DNA of 62,849 bases, filler included, from Asterionella formosa (GCA_002256025.1; 14 parts of 14 records of this genome joined end to end with filler, not necessarily neighbours in it), one strand, 5' to 3'. Counted from the whole stretch's first letter, positions 9,352 through 22,660 are shown. Made by a program: numbers and translations. The notes: generated by a model not told the origin, from the sequence alone.

Positions 9352-11488
9352 ATGTTTCAACGATCCAAGCCAGAAAAGGTGAGAGCCAGTTGAGCTTTGA
9401 TCCAGGCCAGGGGGCAAGGGGCGAGCGACTCGGACATGACGATATAAACCCAACGCAAGACGATCCCATCATGCAGTATTTCTCACCATATGCTCTTTAA
9501 CTCTGGAAACTAATATGTTTGTAGACTTCCCGAACACCGAAAACGTCGACGAATCCGTCAAATCCTGCAGCTGAGGCTACTGTCGCCGCAAGCCCTACCC
9601 AGCACTTATCCGTCCGATCCGATGATGAAACCGTCATAACAGACAACACGCCAGAGTATCTACTCAACAAACCGACGGATAATGTCTATCTAAAAACCAT
9701 TGCTGACCTGCAACTCGAAGTCAAGCAAACCAAGGCCGAGGTGACAACGGAAAAGGCTGCCAAACGGAAGCTATATTCATCACTGGTGAAATTGGCCACG
9801 GAGCTCAAGCGCATCCGAGCCGAACATGTGCCCTTGCTAGATGCGGCGGAATTTGCAAATCAATCCTGGTACAAGGGGGGAATGTGGCGTGCACCGAAAG
9901 TCTTGCCGGGGCTTAACCAGAGGGCAGCTGGGGCTAATCAAAAGCACGTCTTACAAAAGGCCATTGGATTGTCGGAACTATTCTTTGATTTGGTCGTTGT
10001 GACAGCCTTTACTAGGGTCGGTACCGCCATTGCGACCAACAGCACAGTAAACCTTAGAGACCTCTTGTACTTTGCCATTTTTTGGATGATTTGGACCAAG
10101 GAAACGAATTACTCCACAAGATTTGATGTCACAGACCTGTCGGTGCAAATTGTCACCCTGCTCACGTGCTTTGCGACCTTGTTTGCATCGCTCAGTACCA
10201 ATTCGGAAATCAATTCAGTGGATGGTACACGCATCATGATGGCTGCTGCCTTTGTCGCGATCTTGCACTGCATGTTGCATATCCGAGTCGCATGTTGGTA
10301 CAAGGGAGCGGTCTTTGGATCTGTGAATGATCACGTGCAGAGATACGCCATTTTTACTGTCATTATGACATTTTTGGAAACAGTGACATGGACTGTTGGC
10401 ATCTTTTTCTTGCCAGAGGACTACCCATATCGGTGGGCCATTTTATTGACAGGTATTGCCTTTTCGATTCGGTTGCCTAGGGCATTCTTGTCGAATGATT
10501 TTCATGGTATGTGCCTTTTTAAAAAAAAAGCTAGTCAATGCACTTATGTCCAATCATGGAAATGTTCTCACAAATGATTGATTCCTACATTACTCCAGCT
10601 GCCTGTTCCAAACGTGGTGTCCTCTTCATCCTATTACTTGGCTTCTTGTTGCAATCGGTTGTTATTGTCGGAAGTCCGTTTTTTGAATACCAAACACCAT
10701 CCTTGGAACAGTATGGTTTCTTGGGATCTTGTTGTTTGATGCTTTTTTGCATCAAACTTTTGTATGTGGACGACAACACTGGAGCACTTGGAAATGATCA
10801 TGCTCTCCTTGTCAATCGATATGCTGGGCTCTTTTTTAACATTGGTCAACTTACATTGCTTCTAGCAACGACTGTCTTGGGGGCAGGCTTGGACCTTATG
10901 ACACATTCATATTTGGCTGCCACGCAGGCCTTGTCAGACAATGCCAAGATTTTGGTATGTGGAGGCTTCTCATCGGTGGTTCTGAGTATTGCTTTTATCA
11001 AGTCCATGCATCTGCGTCGCTTCCCTGTGGCAGGGAAAGCACGGGCCCTGTTTGTGGCAGCATACTTGACACAGCTGATCACCACTCTTTTGGTGGTAAC
11101 CATTACGGCTATTATGTGTTTGCGCGAGTCCTACATTATGGCCCTGACTCAAGATGAGAGAATTATGATGTTCGTGTTGGCAGGTATGGCGGCCTTCTTA
11201 GTGGTTATGAGTTGGTTGGATGAAGCAGTGGAACTATCATTGTACAAGGGTGCCGATGATGCTAGTCAATACTTGGTTAACCCGTTTGGCTTGTGGTGGT
11301 GTTTGAAACCAGAACTAAACGAAGTCGAGACTTTGGCAGCAGCAGCAGAACCAGGGGATCGAAGACTCTCAGCATTATCACCCTTGCTTGGTGCATCCAT
11401 GGCGGATTTCAAATTGAGTGTCCGAAATTTTGGATATGATTCAATATCGGAAGATATGGATGCCATGCAGAAAGGAGAGTCTGTGTAA
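9352..11488 (+). CDS. LtrA (low-temperature requirement A)-family multi-pass membrane protein; exons 9352-9378, 9525-10506, 10599-11488
   Basis: LSELFFDLVVV LtrA motif, YSTRFD, many TM helices. GT-AG introns 9379-9524 (branch ctaat) and 10507-10598 join the ORFs in frame (..NDFH-AACSKRG..). The first exon is less certain. Confidence 0.8.
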
Positions 11489-12589
11489 TGACAGAATTGC
11501 ATTTAAGAGGAACCCATTGTATTCGAGTTTGGTGAAGGCTCATAAGGAAGACGACTCTGGGGTAGTGATGTTTGGGTTCCCTTTTTGTTATATCAGCTGT
11601 ATATAGTAAGTATACAGCAAAAATAGTTAAAGTGTATCTGAGAAACATGATTTAATTTTCACTCTGCCAATCTTTCAAATGCTTCGGCTCGCTATTAACA
11701 ATAAGGGAAGAATTTTGGGCTTTCTCAAAAGCTACAGAGGTAGGCAGTCTTACCATAGCTGATTTTGTAATTACAACATCATGCACTGATGATATGTATT
11801 GTGCATGAGAAATAATAAAACCAACATCACTCCCTTCATATCTATCTATGCATCAAATGCGATATGAAGTAGAACTTATATATGATTTTTCACTTATTTC
11901 AACATTAAGTTTCACAGATATTCCAATAGGTGATTACTAATAACCTTTTCAATATTTTAAAAGTGTCGCATTAATTCAAAGAGAATAAATATTCAATAGT
12001 TGCTAAGATTTCTGTTATGGCAGCGTAAATTTAGAAATTGTCCACACACAGCTTCCTATTTGTTTGACAATTAAATTTTAAAGTGCATTGAACTGAACCA
12101 AAAATTGCACTTGTACCTAAGAAACACCTAGTGAAATTAAGATTTCCGCTTCCATACCCTTGTTCAATGGCCATATCCATGTTGCCAGAGTGGAACAAGA
12201 TGTAGCCAAACTTCATCATTTTGATTACACAACGTCTGCAAATAAAATGCATTTTGTTGCTCATGGCCTTAGTAATGAGCTTTCCATTCTCATTGACTAT
12301 TGGAGAGAATGTTTACATGCTACAGACTTAGAGTGCACAGACATCACGAATCAGGAAGTAGCATGATCAGGAAATAACAGCATCGCATCAGACAGAATGT
12401 GATTAGTTGATACATACTTAGCGCATATTTGTAGTAATTACTCTGGGTAAATTAAAGGAAACTCCAGAAATCCATGTCACCAGTCTGGAAGAACTTTATG
12501 ACTACTTTCCAAAAGATTCCTGAAATTGTTGTCGATGAAGCCATGACTCACCTCATTTCCCCAAAAACACCATGTCTCCATTGTTGTGA

Positions 12590-12950
12590 AATTAATTGAA
12601 GGAATTATTCCATAAACTTCATAATCATAAAGACCCCACATGACCAACCACCATCCTTGGTTGGTGGGTAGGACAACATTGAATCAATATCTTTGGCAGT
12701 AAAACAGAGGCCCTTTATCTCGACATCGAAAGGCCATCTTAAATTGAGGTTTGTCATTGGTATAACCTCAGATCCTTGGTTTCTCACCCAAGGTTTTCAA
12801 AAACCTTTTCAACATAGTTGGGAGTTGCAGGAAAAGACAGTTCTTATGATTAGGAAAACAGAGCTAAATTTCTCATTTTCCACAACTTATATAGATATCA
12901 TGCTCTGCATTTGTTGGTCAGTGGTGTGCCTTATAGCCTTTCGTCAGTAG
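12590..12950 (-). pseudogene. Possible degraded Ulp1/C48-protease-like fragment, probably TE-derived
   Basis: PPTKDGGWSCGVFMIMKFME resembles the Ulp1 PxQxxxxDCGVF catalytic-Cys segment; the rest is broken by stops. Confidence 0.3.
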
Positions 12951-13056
12951 CTTCATAGTGAAAAAGGCAAAAGTAATTACTCCGAGTATTTTATACATTT
13001 TCTACAAACACTTGATTTTCTAATTTACTGCAACGAAAAATTATCTTGGAAAGACT

Positions 13057-16000
13057 CTAAGCTTTTTGTCGTCGGAATCTGTCACCCAAGGCTCGAAAAT
13101 TTCTTGACTTGGTGCTCTGCACGGAAGCATCTGGTGATGCCGGCCCAGCATTACTCGAGCCTACAGATAGACCATTGCCAGATGCGCGACCACGGCTCTT
13201 CTTGGTAGACACCCCATTGAGCCTGTTCTCAACATCACCAGGACTATTGCTCGAAGATTGAGTCACTTCAGGTGGATGAACAGATGACTTCGTCACTCCA
13301 TGATTTTTGGAATCCCCGAACGATGACGATCCAGCTTGCCTGTTATTGGTTGAACTACTAGTCGTGTCCTGTCGAGATGTGGCCGGTCGTGAGCTACTGA
13401 TTTCTTTGCTGCTCCTGACCGACCCTGCATCACTTTGATTTCCCTTGTCCAGAGAGCCCCCCGTGAAAAATGGATGCTCCAAGACGTCTCGCATTGATCG
13501 AACTCGTTGTGAAGGATCAGGATGAAGAAGCTTTCCCAAAAGATCTCTGGTTATGTCGTTTTCAACATGTTTTAGAGCTTTGTGAAGGCTATTTTCGTCC
13601 CAAAGGCCGATTTTGCCAACCTCAATCATGCTCATCGCTCGCTTTCCACGACATGCGTATGGGCCAAGAGGCAATCCTGCGTTGGCTTCATAGACAACAA
13701 CACCATAGGCCCAGATGTCGTATGTTGTTTGAGCTGGTATCGAGACAACGCAGGCAGAGACATGTTTCTTGCCGATGGCCAACCGCTTGTTTTCGACGAC
13801 AATGGACTCGGGAGGATGGTAGAAGCCTCGGTTGGGATCTGTTGGGTCGCCAATTGGGGTGCTTCCTCCAACTCCGAGCAACTTCCACCGGTTTCCAAAC
13901 TTTCCTATGTTGTGCGTTCCAAAGTCGCCATGCACGATACCGTGCTCGTGCATGTGAAGCAAAGAAATTCCGATGCGCTTCAAACTCTTTGGAGGGAAAA
14001 CGGTCCCTTTCTTTCTCATGTCAAGCATGAGGTTTTCAGCAGTTGTGTCGGCACCTTCCATTGTCACACAGTAGCCAGGCTCGGCCATGGCCTCGCTGTA
14101 AGCTGCATGCTGCACAGTATGATGTACAGATATAATAGCCGGGACATAGTGACGAGACAAGTGATAATCCTTCCTTATTTTCAGTTCCCGTTCGACAATG
14201 TCAGCTCTTGAAGTAAGTTTGGCAATCACTTGCTGCCCTTTCTCTTTGCGAATCTTACGAAGCTTGTCTTCAATACTTTGTTGAGATCTGCTCGTCAAAG
14301 TCGAACGCATGCTGTTTCTGGACATAGATGAGACTTGAGAAGCGTCATCCCAGTCCTCTAGATAATCATTGTCGCCTCCGTCGTTCTTGTCTTCGTGTAG
14401 AAGGGTAAACTGTCCGTTGCTTTCCTTTGGGGGTTCATAGCGGAGAGCGTAAAAAATCTGCGTATCGCTTACAGGGTTGGTGTAGGCCGGCCGCTGGTTC
14501 ACAACTTCTAACGTATTGAACAATCGTAGCATGACACGGATTTCATGCTTGCACACAGGAGTGGCAGCAGCCAATGCGATCTTTCCATCGGGGCCTTCAA
14601 CGTGTGCCAAAGCCAGAACTTGTGGCTGTGTGCAAGTTTGGAGAACTTTTGTAACAACCTGATGGTATAAATCATCGGTATTTGACACAACATGGTTCCA
14701 GGAATAATGGTGCGGGAGTAGCTGAGCACGAACCTTCTCCTTCAAATCGATTGGCATATCTCGTTTCAACAGGTTGTGAACGATAAAGTGAGAGTGTTCA
14801 TTCTCCGTGGCAACCTGAATCGGCAAGAGTCCAGTCTTACGATCGACAGCAGTGGCAAGCTCGGGCGCGTGATTCAAAAGCCCCATGATAGTACGGTCGT
14901 CTGCACTATGCTGAAAAGCTAAAAAGAGGGCGCTGTGCCCGTCCCCGTTCAAAACACCTGCAGCCTCAGGGAACTGCATGAGAATGGTGTTGATGACAGC
15001 TGTTCTACATTGGTGTTTCAGGGCAATTGCAAGCGGAGAGTCACCGTGCATGTCGGTTCTAGAGACAGCATTCGCAAAACAAGTCAAAAGAGTTTTGACA
15101 ACAACTTGGTCAACAACCTCTCCGCATCGTAATAACAAGTGCAGCGGAAGATCACCATTTTCATCGGTTCGTTTAGCAGAAGAAAAATTCTCGGCTAAGA
15201 GAGCAGTGATGACACCAATCGACGCATAGTTGCGACAGGCTATGTGGAGTGGCAAACCCCCACCATCATTATTGGGAGGGCGATACACCATGGTGTATGC
15301 GCCCTCCGGAGCCTTGGAAAGCAAGAATTTCACAGTGTCGACGGCGTCAAATTCTGCAGCCACGTGGATAGGGAGGCGACCCTTTTTATCTGTATCGTTG
15401 ATTCCTTCCTTATAGGCGCTATAAATTATCTCCAACGCTGCAAGATTATCGTGGGCGGCAGCATGGTGGATTGGGAGAGCTCCCATCTGGTCACGATGAA
15501 TGAGTGCTTTTGGATACAACACGAGAACCATATCAATAAGGAGTGTCCATGCACCAGTGTGCCTAGCAATCATATGCAATGGAAGTTCTCCACTCTTGAC
15601 ATCCACAGCTTCGGCAAGCTCGGGATGTCGGTCTAAGATGTGTTCCACCATCGACCAGTTCTCTTCTTGAATCTGTCGGTATAATTCTGTCTGAGTATCG
15701 CCATTTAATGCGAGTTCGGTAGTGGCGACAGGAACAACTGCAAGAGAAGCCCTCTGTTGGACAGGTGAAGGAGAGTGTGCAGGAGCTTGCCTGGGAGGAG
15801 GCGACGGTGTTGGTGCCTCGCTGGTTGCAGCTGCCAGTAATGCCATGCGTGTCAGTGCACCACGGTGCATAGCCTGCAAAACAATCACACTTCGAATTAC
15901 TTGCTCTTCTGAAATAGTGGGCTCCTTCTGGATATGAGAAGTTTTGTACATAGAGGTTCGAAAGAAGCGCTGAATAGCTGTAGCAGCTGCCTTTCTGTAC

Positions 16001-19000
16001 ATTAGAATCTCGAGAACAATCGCCTGCGCAGAATGCATTCTCCATGTTTTCTGGATAATAGTGGCAGCACTCTGAGATCTCATTCTGATGACACGCCTAT
16101 TACTCAGCTTCATGCGGAAAGCAGACTGGATGGTGACAGCTGCCAATCGCACGGCAATGAAATACTGACGACAGCGCTTTCCCCGAATAATTTTCTGAAT
16201 TGAGGCAGCCGAGCTGAAGAATTTTTCAGATCGCATGGCTTCGATGCGGTCAAATGCTTCCCGGCGGAGAAAAACCTTGTTCCGGCCCAGCTGCAAACCA
16301 GCAACTGCACAACGTGCAGCAAAATCAAGCGCTTTAAATTCTTCCTCTGTTTCTGGTCGAGCAATCCCGATTGATACCTTTTCTTTTGTAGAAAAAATGT
16401 TGCGACTATTCTTTCCTTTCTGTTTCTCTTCAGGTGTCATAACTGAACTTTCGACAACCATATTAAAAGGAGGCACATATGGAGCAGCATCCCCAATATT
16501 GATTTTAGGGCCAGCATCGCGCTTACGTGGAATGTCACGTTGCTGGAACTTCTTTGGCAAAGCGGCAGAAAAACGTCGATTGTTTTCCGCTTCAAGCATC
16601 GACTTCATGATCTCGATATCTGTCCTCCAAAGACCAAGAGCGATTTTTGAAATGAGACGCTTCAAATCGGATTCACGGTCAGTTTGACGATCTGGTGTGA
16701 ATGCAGGAGAAACAGGTGATACATCTTTCCTGTCGCCAAGGATATAATATCTTGCCATGAAGACTTCATGGGGGTATCTGGTAGGATAACCTGCGCGACT
16801 GACACGGACAGCCTCGAGAACACCGCCACACCTCAGTTGTTCCACAACGTTTTTAGGCTCGAAGTAGTCTGGAATTAGGTCATCGTTGGGTTTCAGACAA
16901 CGAATGTAGTGAGGGACAGTTGTTTCTATTCGAGCTCTTAGCAACCGTAGCTGAGTTGAAAACTGAGCACCCACAGATTTGGTATTAACCGTACCCCGCC
17001 CGCCACGATCCTCCGAGCGAACAAACATATGAATTTCTCCAATAAGAGGAAAATCCGAAGAGGTTAGAAGCGCTGCTGAAGCAGCAGGAAGCTGGTCCTT
17101 GTTCTTTTCCAACCAGGCATCGGTCGTGTACTCAACGTATCCAGCATAGTGCTCAATACTGAACTTGTAGTCAACACGTTGAGCAGATGTTGCATTGAAT
17201 CGGGGATGCTTGTCACACCGGGCATACAAATATCGAGTAAACTTTTGATCGGTACTCTTTGGGAGGATACACTGTTCATCCAAAAGGGAAAGGATACCAG
17301 TGTGTTTCATGTCTATCAAATCAAGAACATCTTGATTATCAGGGAACGAAATAAACTTCCACAAAATGCCTTCCCTCTCATATTCCTGTTGTTCCAATTT
17401 GAATACATATTTGTTGAACTGTTGTTGAAGTGCTTCGTTAGTATAATTGATGCATATCTGTTCAAAGTTGTTAATGTTGAATGTTTCGAAACCAAAAATA
17501 TCAAGGACTCCAATGGATGCTGCAGAGCTTCCGTGACTTGTGGTGTCTTCGACAATGCTAGCATTGACTTTTTCCACGATGAAATCGAAAGCAGCACCAT
17601 AAACAGCCTTGATAAGGGCTTCGCATGCCTTGGTAGATTCTTCCTTGTGGAGTGGCTTATTGACAATCTCCAGACCAGCATAGATAACACGCTCAGTAAG
17701 TGAGGAAGCTAGTCCTTCAAAGGAGACTCCCAATAACGCGGCAGCCTTAAGGGCAGCTTCTGTCTCGTCAAGACGACAGGATTCGCCGTCAGCGGACGGA
17801 GTAAAAGTCATATTTCCAGCAAAAAGGACTGCTGTGACCAGACGCATTAAGGACATAATGGTCTCTGGAGAGAAGCCTATTGTATTCTGTAATCAGAAGC
17901 AGGAGGAGTTAGCGAATAAATTTGAGCGAATGGAAGGAAATAAAAGAAAATCAGACTTACCATTGCATCAAGCATCTCGTGATGGTTCATTTCGTCGCTC
18001 ACTCCGTCGCGGCGATCGAATGTTCCACTCTCGCACAACAGGCGAAAATCGCCATAATGCATTTTATCTATGTAGAAGTCTTCGCGTTCCTTTGTTGTGG
18101 CACTGCTCAAAAATTGGTAAAAGATGTGATAGTTTCGTTCTCCTGCAGATGGACGAATCAAGCGAACCTTTTCCAATAAATAAGTTTCAATAGAAGCACC
18201 CGACAATTTTCCAGTCGTGGTGAATCTTATATCAATGTACTTCCCGAAACGAGAGGAGTTGTCGTTACGAATAGTTCGAGCATTACCAAATGATTCGAGA
18301 ATTGGATTGCTCTGCAGCACTTGCTGCTCAATGCTGACAGTCTCGGAAACAGGTGACTTCTGAGGGGTCTTCATAGGGGTACTCCTTTGATCGGCATCTG
18401 CGCGCTTCTTGGAAAGCATAGCCAAATAGTTCAAAACGATCTTGGTGGTTACAGTCTTCCCAGCTCCCGATTCTCCGGAAACAAGAATGCTTTGGTTCGT
18501 TGGTGTGCCGAACTGCATTGTTTGAATCATGGATTCTCCTCTACGCAGTTCTCGCCTGGGAGTCCCCATCAAAGCCTTGTTCTCTAATCCACGCATCATG
18601 GCACGATAAGCGTCGTCGGACGTTTGATATACATGCGGTGGAAGTCGTTTATTCGTGGTGGTATTCTTTTGCTGGCTGCGCTTGAAAGGTGTACTGAAAT
18701 TATCGTCTGCCTTGCTCGCAGAACTAAGACCTTGTTCACCTTGAGACCGGTAGAGCTCCATAGTATTTTCTGAATAGAGTTCCATTGATTTGAAAGGGTT
18801 AATTGCAATGAGAATGGGACCTGTAGCAGTGTAGATAATGTTTGCATCATATCGGAGACGAAGTGCGTGCAAAATAGCTGGTTCGTGCAAGTGCGTCAAT
18901 CCGATGAGATCATTAACACCACCGACCACTTGTTCGTCCAGCTTCGTGGAAGGACTGGTGATCACGCCAGCTTCTGGGTCCTCTCCCGATAGCTGATATG

Positions 19001-19292
19001 AAGTAGGAAGGTTTCGCAGCTTGATATCGGCATGGTCGGCAGTCTTGAGTTGCTCAGGATCTACAGTAACAATGACTTCGAATTTTTCGGCATTTGCAAA
19101 GTAGTTGGAACTATCAGTGTTACGCCGACGCTGAAATTCCTTGGAAACCTCAATACTAGAATCGTCTCTCAGCGTCAAATTGATCATTTTTACGTGTTGT
19201 ACCACAACTTCATTCTTGTGTGTAATGATGGCAGGAACCCAGCCCCAATGGGACTTGTCCCGTCGGAGCCAAACGTGCGCTCCCAATTCCAT
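13057..19292 (-). CDS. Unconventional myosin (2053 aa): motor, about 5 IQ, ankyrin repeats, C-terminal kinase-like domain; exons 19292-17961 and 17886-13057
   Basis: P-loop GESGAGKT, LESFGNARTIRNDNSSRFGKY, DIFGFE, YIRCLKPN, IQ motifs, many GxLPLHxA ankyrin units, kinase-like HGDFGTHN...DIWAYG...HPFF. 74-nt GT-AG intron 17960-17887, phase 0. Confidence 0.95.
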
Positions 19293-20029
19293 TGTTAAAC
19301 AAGGCTACCGGTAGAGCAATTGCTTTATTTGAAGCAGTTGATTTGCCTTCTTTGCAAGGAAATAATCTGCAAAGAACGGAGTGTTTGTTCCTGTATGTTG
19401 ATACACAATTGTAAGTGAAACGAAATATTTGAAAAAAAGGATCGTTGCAATGTACCGGTATGCAGATGATAGACCGTTGGAGATGCACACAGGCCGATGT
19501 TTCGGAACACTTCAAACACGGTTATATATATTTACGACGTTCAAACCATGGTTTGGCCGCTATCCGGGTGGTCCCCAAATCTAGCCCCAAAATTTCTAGC
19601 AAATAGAAATAGAGCTGGCGGTATAGGCAGTAGAGTGTGCCAGTAGCTACCCCGGTACTTGTCAAGCGGGTATCGTTCTAAGACATGTCTGGTGGGTACC
19701 TGATACCAGGTACCAGGTACCAGTAACAGCAAGTTGCGGTCATTTAATCTGGGATAAAGATAGCTAAACCTTTAGTTCAGCAAAATTAGCGCAACTTGCA
19801 CAGGCACATACCAATACTACATATTACATCTGCACAAGAAAAGTAACAAAAATGCGTCAGTCTAGACATGAATTCGAAAAAGTGCCATCCACTCTCAAAA
19901 AAATTTTGATAGCAACTGCCAAAGAAAGAACAACACATTTGTTGACACCGATACCTGGCTGCATCCACCATCACAAAAATTGCCGGTAGCTACAATCAAT
20001 CAATTCTCATTCATTGAATAACTATTTTC

Positions 20030-20230
20030 GTCTGCAAATAAAAAGTATCATGCATAGTATAGGATCAAGGGTATCGTACGCTAGTAAGTGGCACAGGATT
20101 TCATATAAATGATAATTTTTGGATCAAAACTGTGATCAAGGTGTCCTGTAACTATGATGATTTATTAATTTTTTACCTAACTTGAAGTATAATGATAAGA
20201 AGAACATTATCATTTCTCATCAATATCATA
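20030..20230 (+). repeat. Dispersed repeat, homologous to 49115-49280 on another contig
   Basis: gtctg.aaataaaaa.tatcatg...gatcaagggtatcgtacgcta[gta]agtggcacaggattt..cata.a.atgata.tttt..gatcaaaa...tgatcaa shared by both loci. Confidence 0.8.
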
Positions 20231-20855
20231 AACCTTCTCATATTATTTTCACTTCTCGTAATCGCAAAATGTAAATCATTACTACAACGCATCCTAAAAA
20301 TCAGCTAAACTCTATACTATCATGTGAATTGTTTCAACGTGTATCTATCTTAAACATGATCATAATTCTAATCACAAGCATTGTTCAAAATAGATTGAAA
20401 TGGATTGTAATTTAATTAACAAATTTGGCAATGCTATCTATGATTCTAAAGGCCAGCAACCTCTTGCCCTTTTCTTCCTCTATTCTGAATCTTGGTTGTG
20501 CCATGCAGTGCTTAATTTCTCGTCTCTCTCCCTGCTGTTAGTGACACTCTGAACTTGCCAACTATTCCATTGTTTGATTGGTTTTATTGTCCTATGCAGT
20601 TACAGTAAACAACGAGAAGGAATGATTTGTTAGCTACCGTAAATCCTGTGCTCCGGTCTTCCACCATGCTCCTGTCTCCTCAGTGTACATCTGGTGCTAC
20701 ACACCCAAATATTTTACATGTGCAGAAAAGAGAACATATTATTTTTCAATTCTAAGATATTTGTTGTATTCACCGGTATGGCTGCAATCACGATCAGGGT
20801 ACTTAATACTAGGGTCCCGGTAACCGAAGAATAACTCGTAAGGCCGTTGCTAACC

Positions 20856-20913
20856 GTTGACCCAAACCAAAACCCAAAAACTTATTTTTGGATTGGTTTT
20901 GGTTTTGGTCAAC
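20856..20913. repeat. Imperfect palindrome, possibly TE subterminal
   Basis: gttgacccaaaccaaaacc..caaaaa / tttttgga..ggttttggttttggtcaac; TAGGG at 20810 may mark an element end. Confidence 0.55.
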
Positions 20914-21126
20914 TGGCTGACGAAAAAACGATACTACCGGTTTTTGGGAAATCCTAAATGTTGTCAACCACCCATCTACTGTGACGTAGGATGACAAAAC
21001 CATTATAAAAAAGTAAAATATTTCTATTAGACTACTTTTATAAATGAAATATTATGATTCCTATTTGGGAATTAGTTAGTTTTCCCCGCAATTTACCGGT
21101 TGTGCCGTAAATATATATACTCCGAC

Positions 21127-21215
21127 CACACTTCTTCATGATGAAATACAACTGATTCAATTCTGTCTGGGTTGCTGAAACTGCTGTCAGTTGTATTTCA
21201 TCATGAAGAAGTGTG
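21127..21215. repeat. Perfect 29-bp inverted repeat with 31-nt loop
   Basis: cacacttcttcatgatgaaatacaactga (21127-21155) and its exact reverse complement (21187-21215). Confidence 0.95.
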
Positions 21216-21233
21216 TTGTAGTTCGTTGGTTGC

Positions 21234-21840
21234 TCATTTAATGCGTTGCTGGTAGTCTCTTGAAAATGCCATGGTGCTGTGTTTGGGGACAGCCATTTGC
21301 GCCTGGTGCTGGAGGAAGTTGCGTGGTCTCAATTGCAGCACTATTTTCGTTTGTACTCGTCCCCCCCCCTTCTCACCGGAAAGTTGTGTTTGTTCAGTCT
21401 TGTGCTGATCAGATCTATCTGTTAGATAATTGTTTCTCACACTGCTTTTTTCATCTGAGTTAAATGTAACTGTTGTCAAAGTGGATGCAGTAGTGGAGTT
21501 TCTGGTTGCAAAGGTAAGCATGCTGCTGGTTTCAATTTGATTTGCTGGGGAGTAATCCAATAGAACTGTAGAATTTAAACCCCCTACTACTAGATCTGTG
21601 TTGTTGTTGTTGTTGTTGTTCAATTTCTTCAAATGGTACATCACCATGTCTTTTGTTAGCCATGTAATTTTGCCACCTTTGTTTGCTACTAATCTAGTGA
21701 TAGCACCATATAGCAACACTCCTGCATTGTTAGCCTTTGTAGCTTCTAGTTCTCTAACAGTGTTGTTTAGAACAAGCTTTACTATTTCCTTATCTAGAGT
21801 CTTACATAACTCTGTACTTTGCTCGAGGTTTGGTGCATCT
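21234..21840 (-). pseudogene. Probable N-terminal remnant of a DNA-transposon ORF
   Basis: GVLLYGAITRLV...TWLTKDMVMYHLKKL, a low-complexity linker, then a degenerate GRPKGST-like segment; breaks off at the 29-bp hairpin. Confidence 0.35.
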
Positions 21841-22513
21841 TCGGTTCGTAATAGTACTACCGGTAAGTACCGGTAGAAAGATCCGAAAATATGAAAATAG
21901 AAGTGGTATTTTTTGATTGTCTCAAGAGCATTTCAGGATGCATATCGGTACATATGTTGACAGTACAAAATCACTCAATTTCTATGGTGCGAACTATCGT
22001 GCATGTTTGGATTGGGATGTTGCACACAATCGCGCCATAGTAATATCCACCGGAAGGAAAGCGTTAAAGGAAGCTATATTATTTGGAGTATAAAACTTTA
22101 AAGAATATCGTATATGAAGATAAAATGTCGGCCCAGCTAAACGAGGTAATTTTATTTTCTTCCGATGTGCCTCACTCAACATTTTCGTGGTCGTTTATCT
22201 CAACAACTGGAACACAACATCGATCGGGCGTCAAGACATCCTATATGTAGATGCGTGAAACAAATGACTTGTTCATAGTAAATATTGTCGTATTGGTAAA
22301 ATTGAAAAAATTTGTAGTACAAAAAGTAAGATTACCCCGTTATAGTGGTCTAAGCAGTTCATAGTGGTCTTAAGCAGCTTTTGACTGGTACCAGGTACCT
22401 GGAACCCACCACCTACCAGGGAGGATAGAGATTTGTGCCAGGTACTCCAGAGGAGTACGGTATTATCTAGCAGTCAGTTTGAGTCGTGACGTATTTTGAA
22501 AGAACAACTAAGA

Positions 22514-22613
22514 NNNNNNNNNNNNNNNNNNNNNNNNNNNNNNNNNNNNNNNNNNNNTTAATTAATTAANNNNNNNNNNNNNNNNNNNNNNNNNNNNNNN
22601 NNNNNNNNNNNNN
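22514..22613. other. Artificial contig linker (N44-TTAATTAATTAA-N44); same linker at 45093, 46564, 48046, 49527, 51007, 52488, 53969, 55450, 56930, 58410, 59890, 61370
   Basis: Identical 100-nt spacer carrying a six-frame stop cassette. Confidence 0.99.
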
Positions 22614-22660
22614 AATGTATTTCCAATTTGGCAGCAGAATAGTATAGGAGGGTGAGAGAA

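Noticed and set aside
13470..19298. Plus-strand ORFs overlapping the myosin, and similar antisense ORFs over SLU7, CTDSPL2, LtrA and FBPase
   Set aside because: Shadow frames of real genes with no recognisable motifs.
22558..22569. TTAATTAATTAA as a biological motif
   Set aside because: Always centred in a fixed N block; it is an artificial six-frame stop linker. ORFs ending in X...LIN are artefacts of it.
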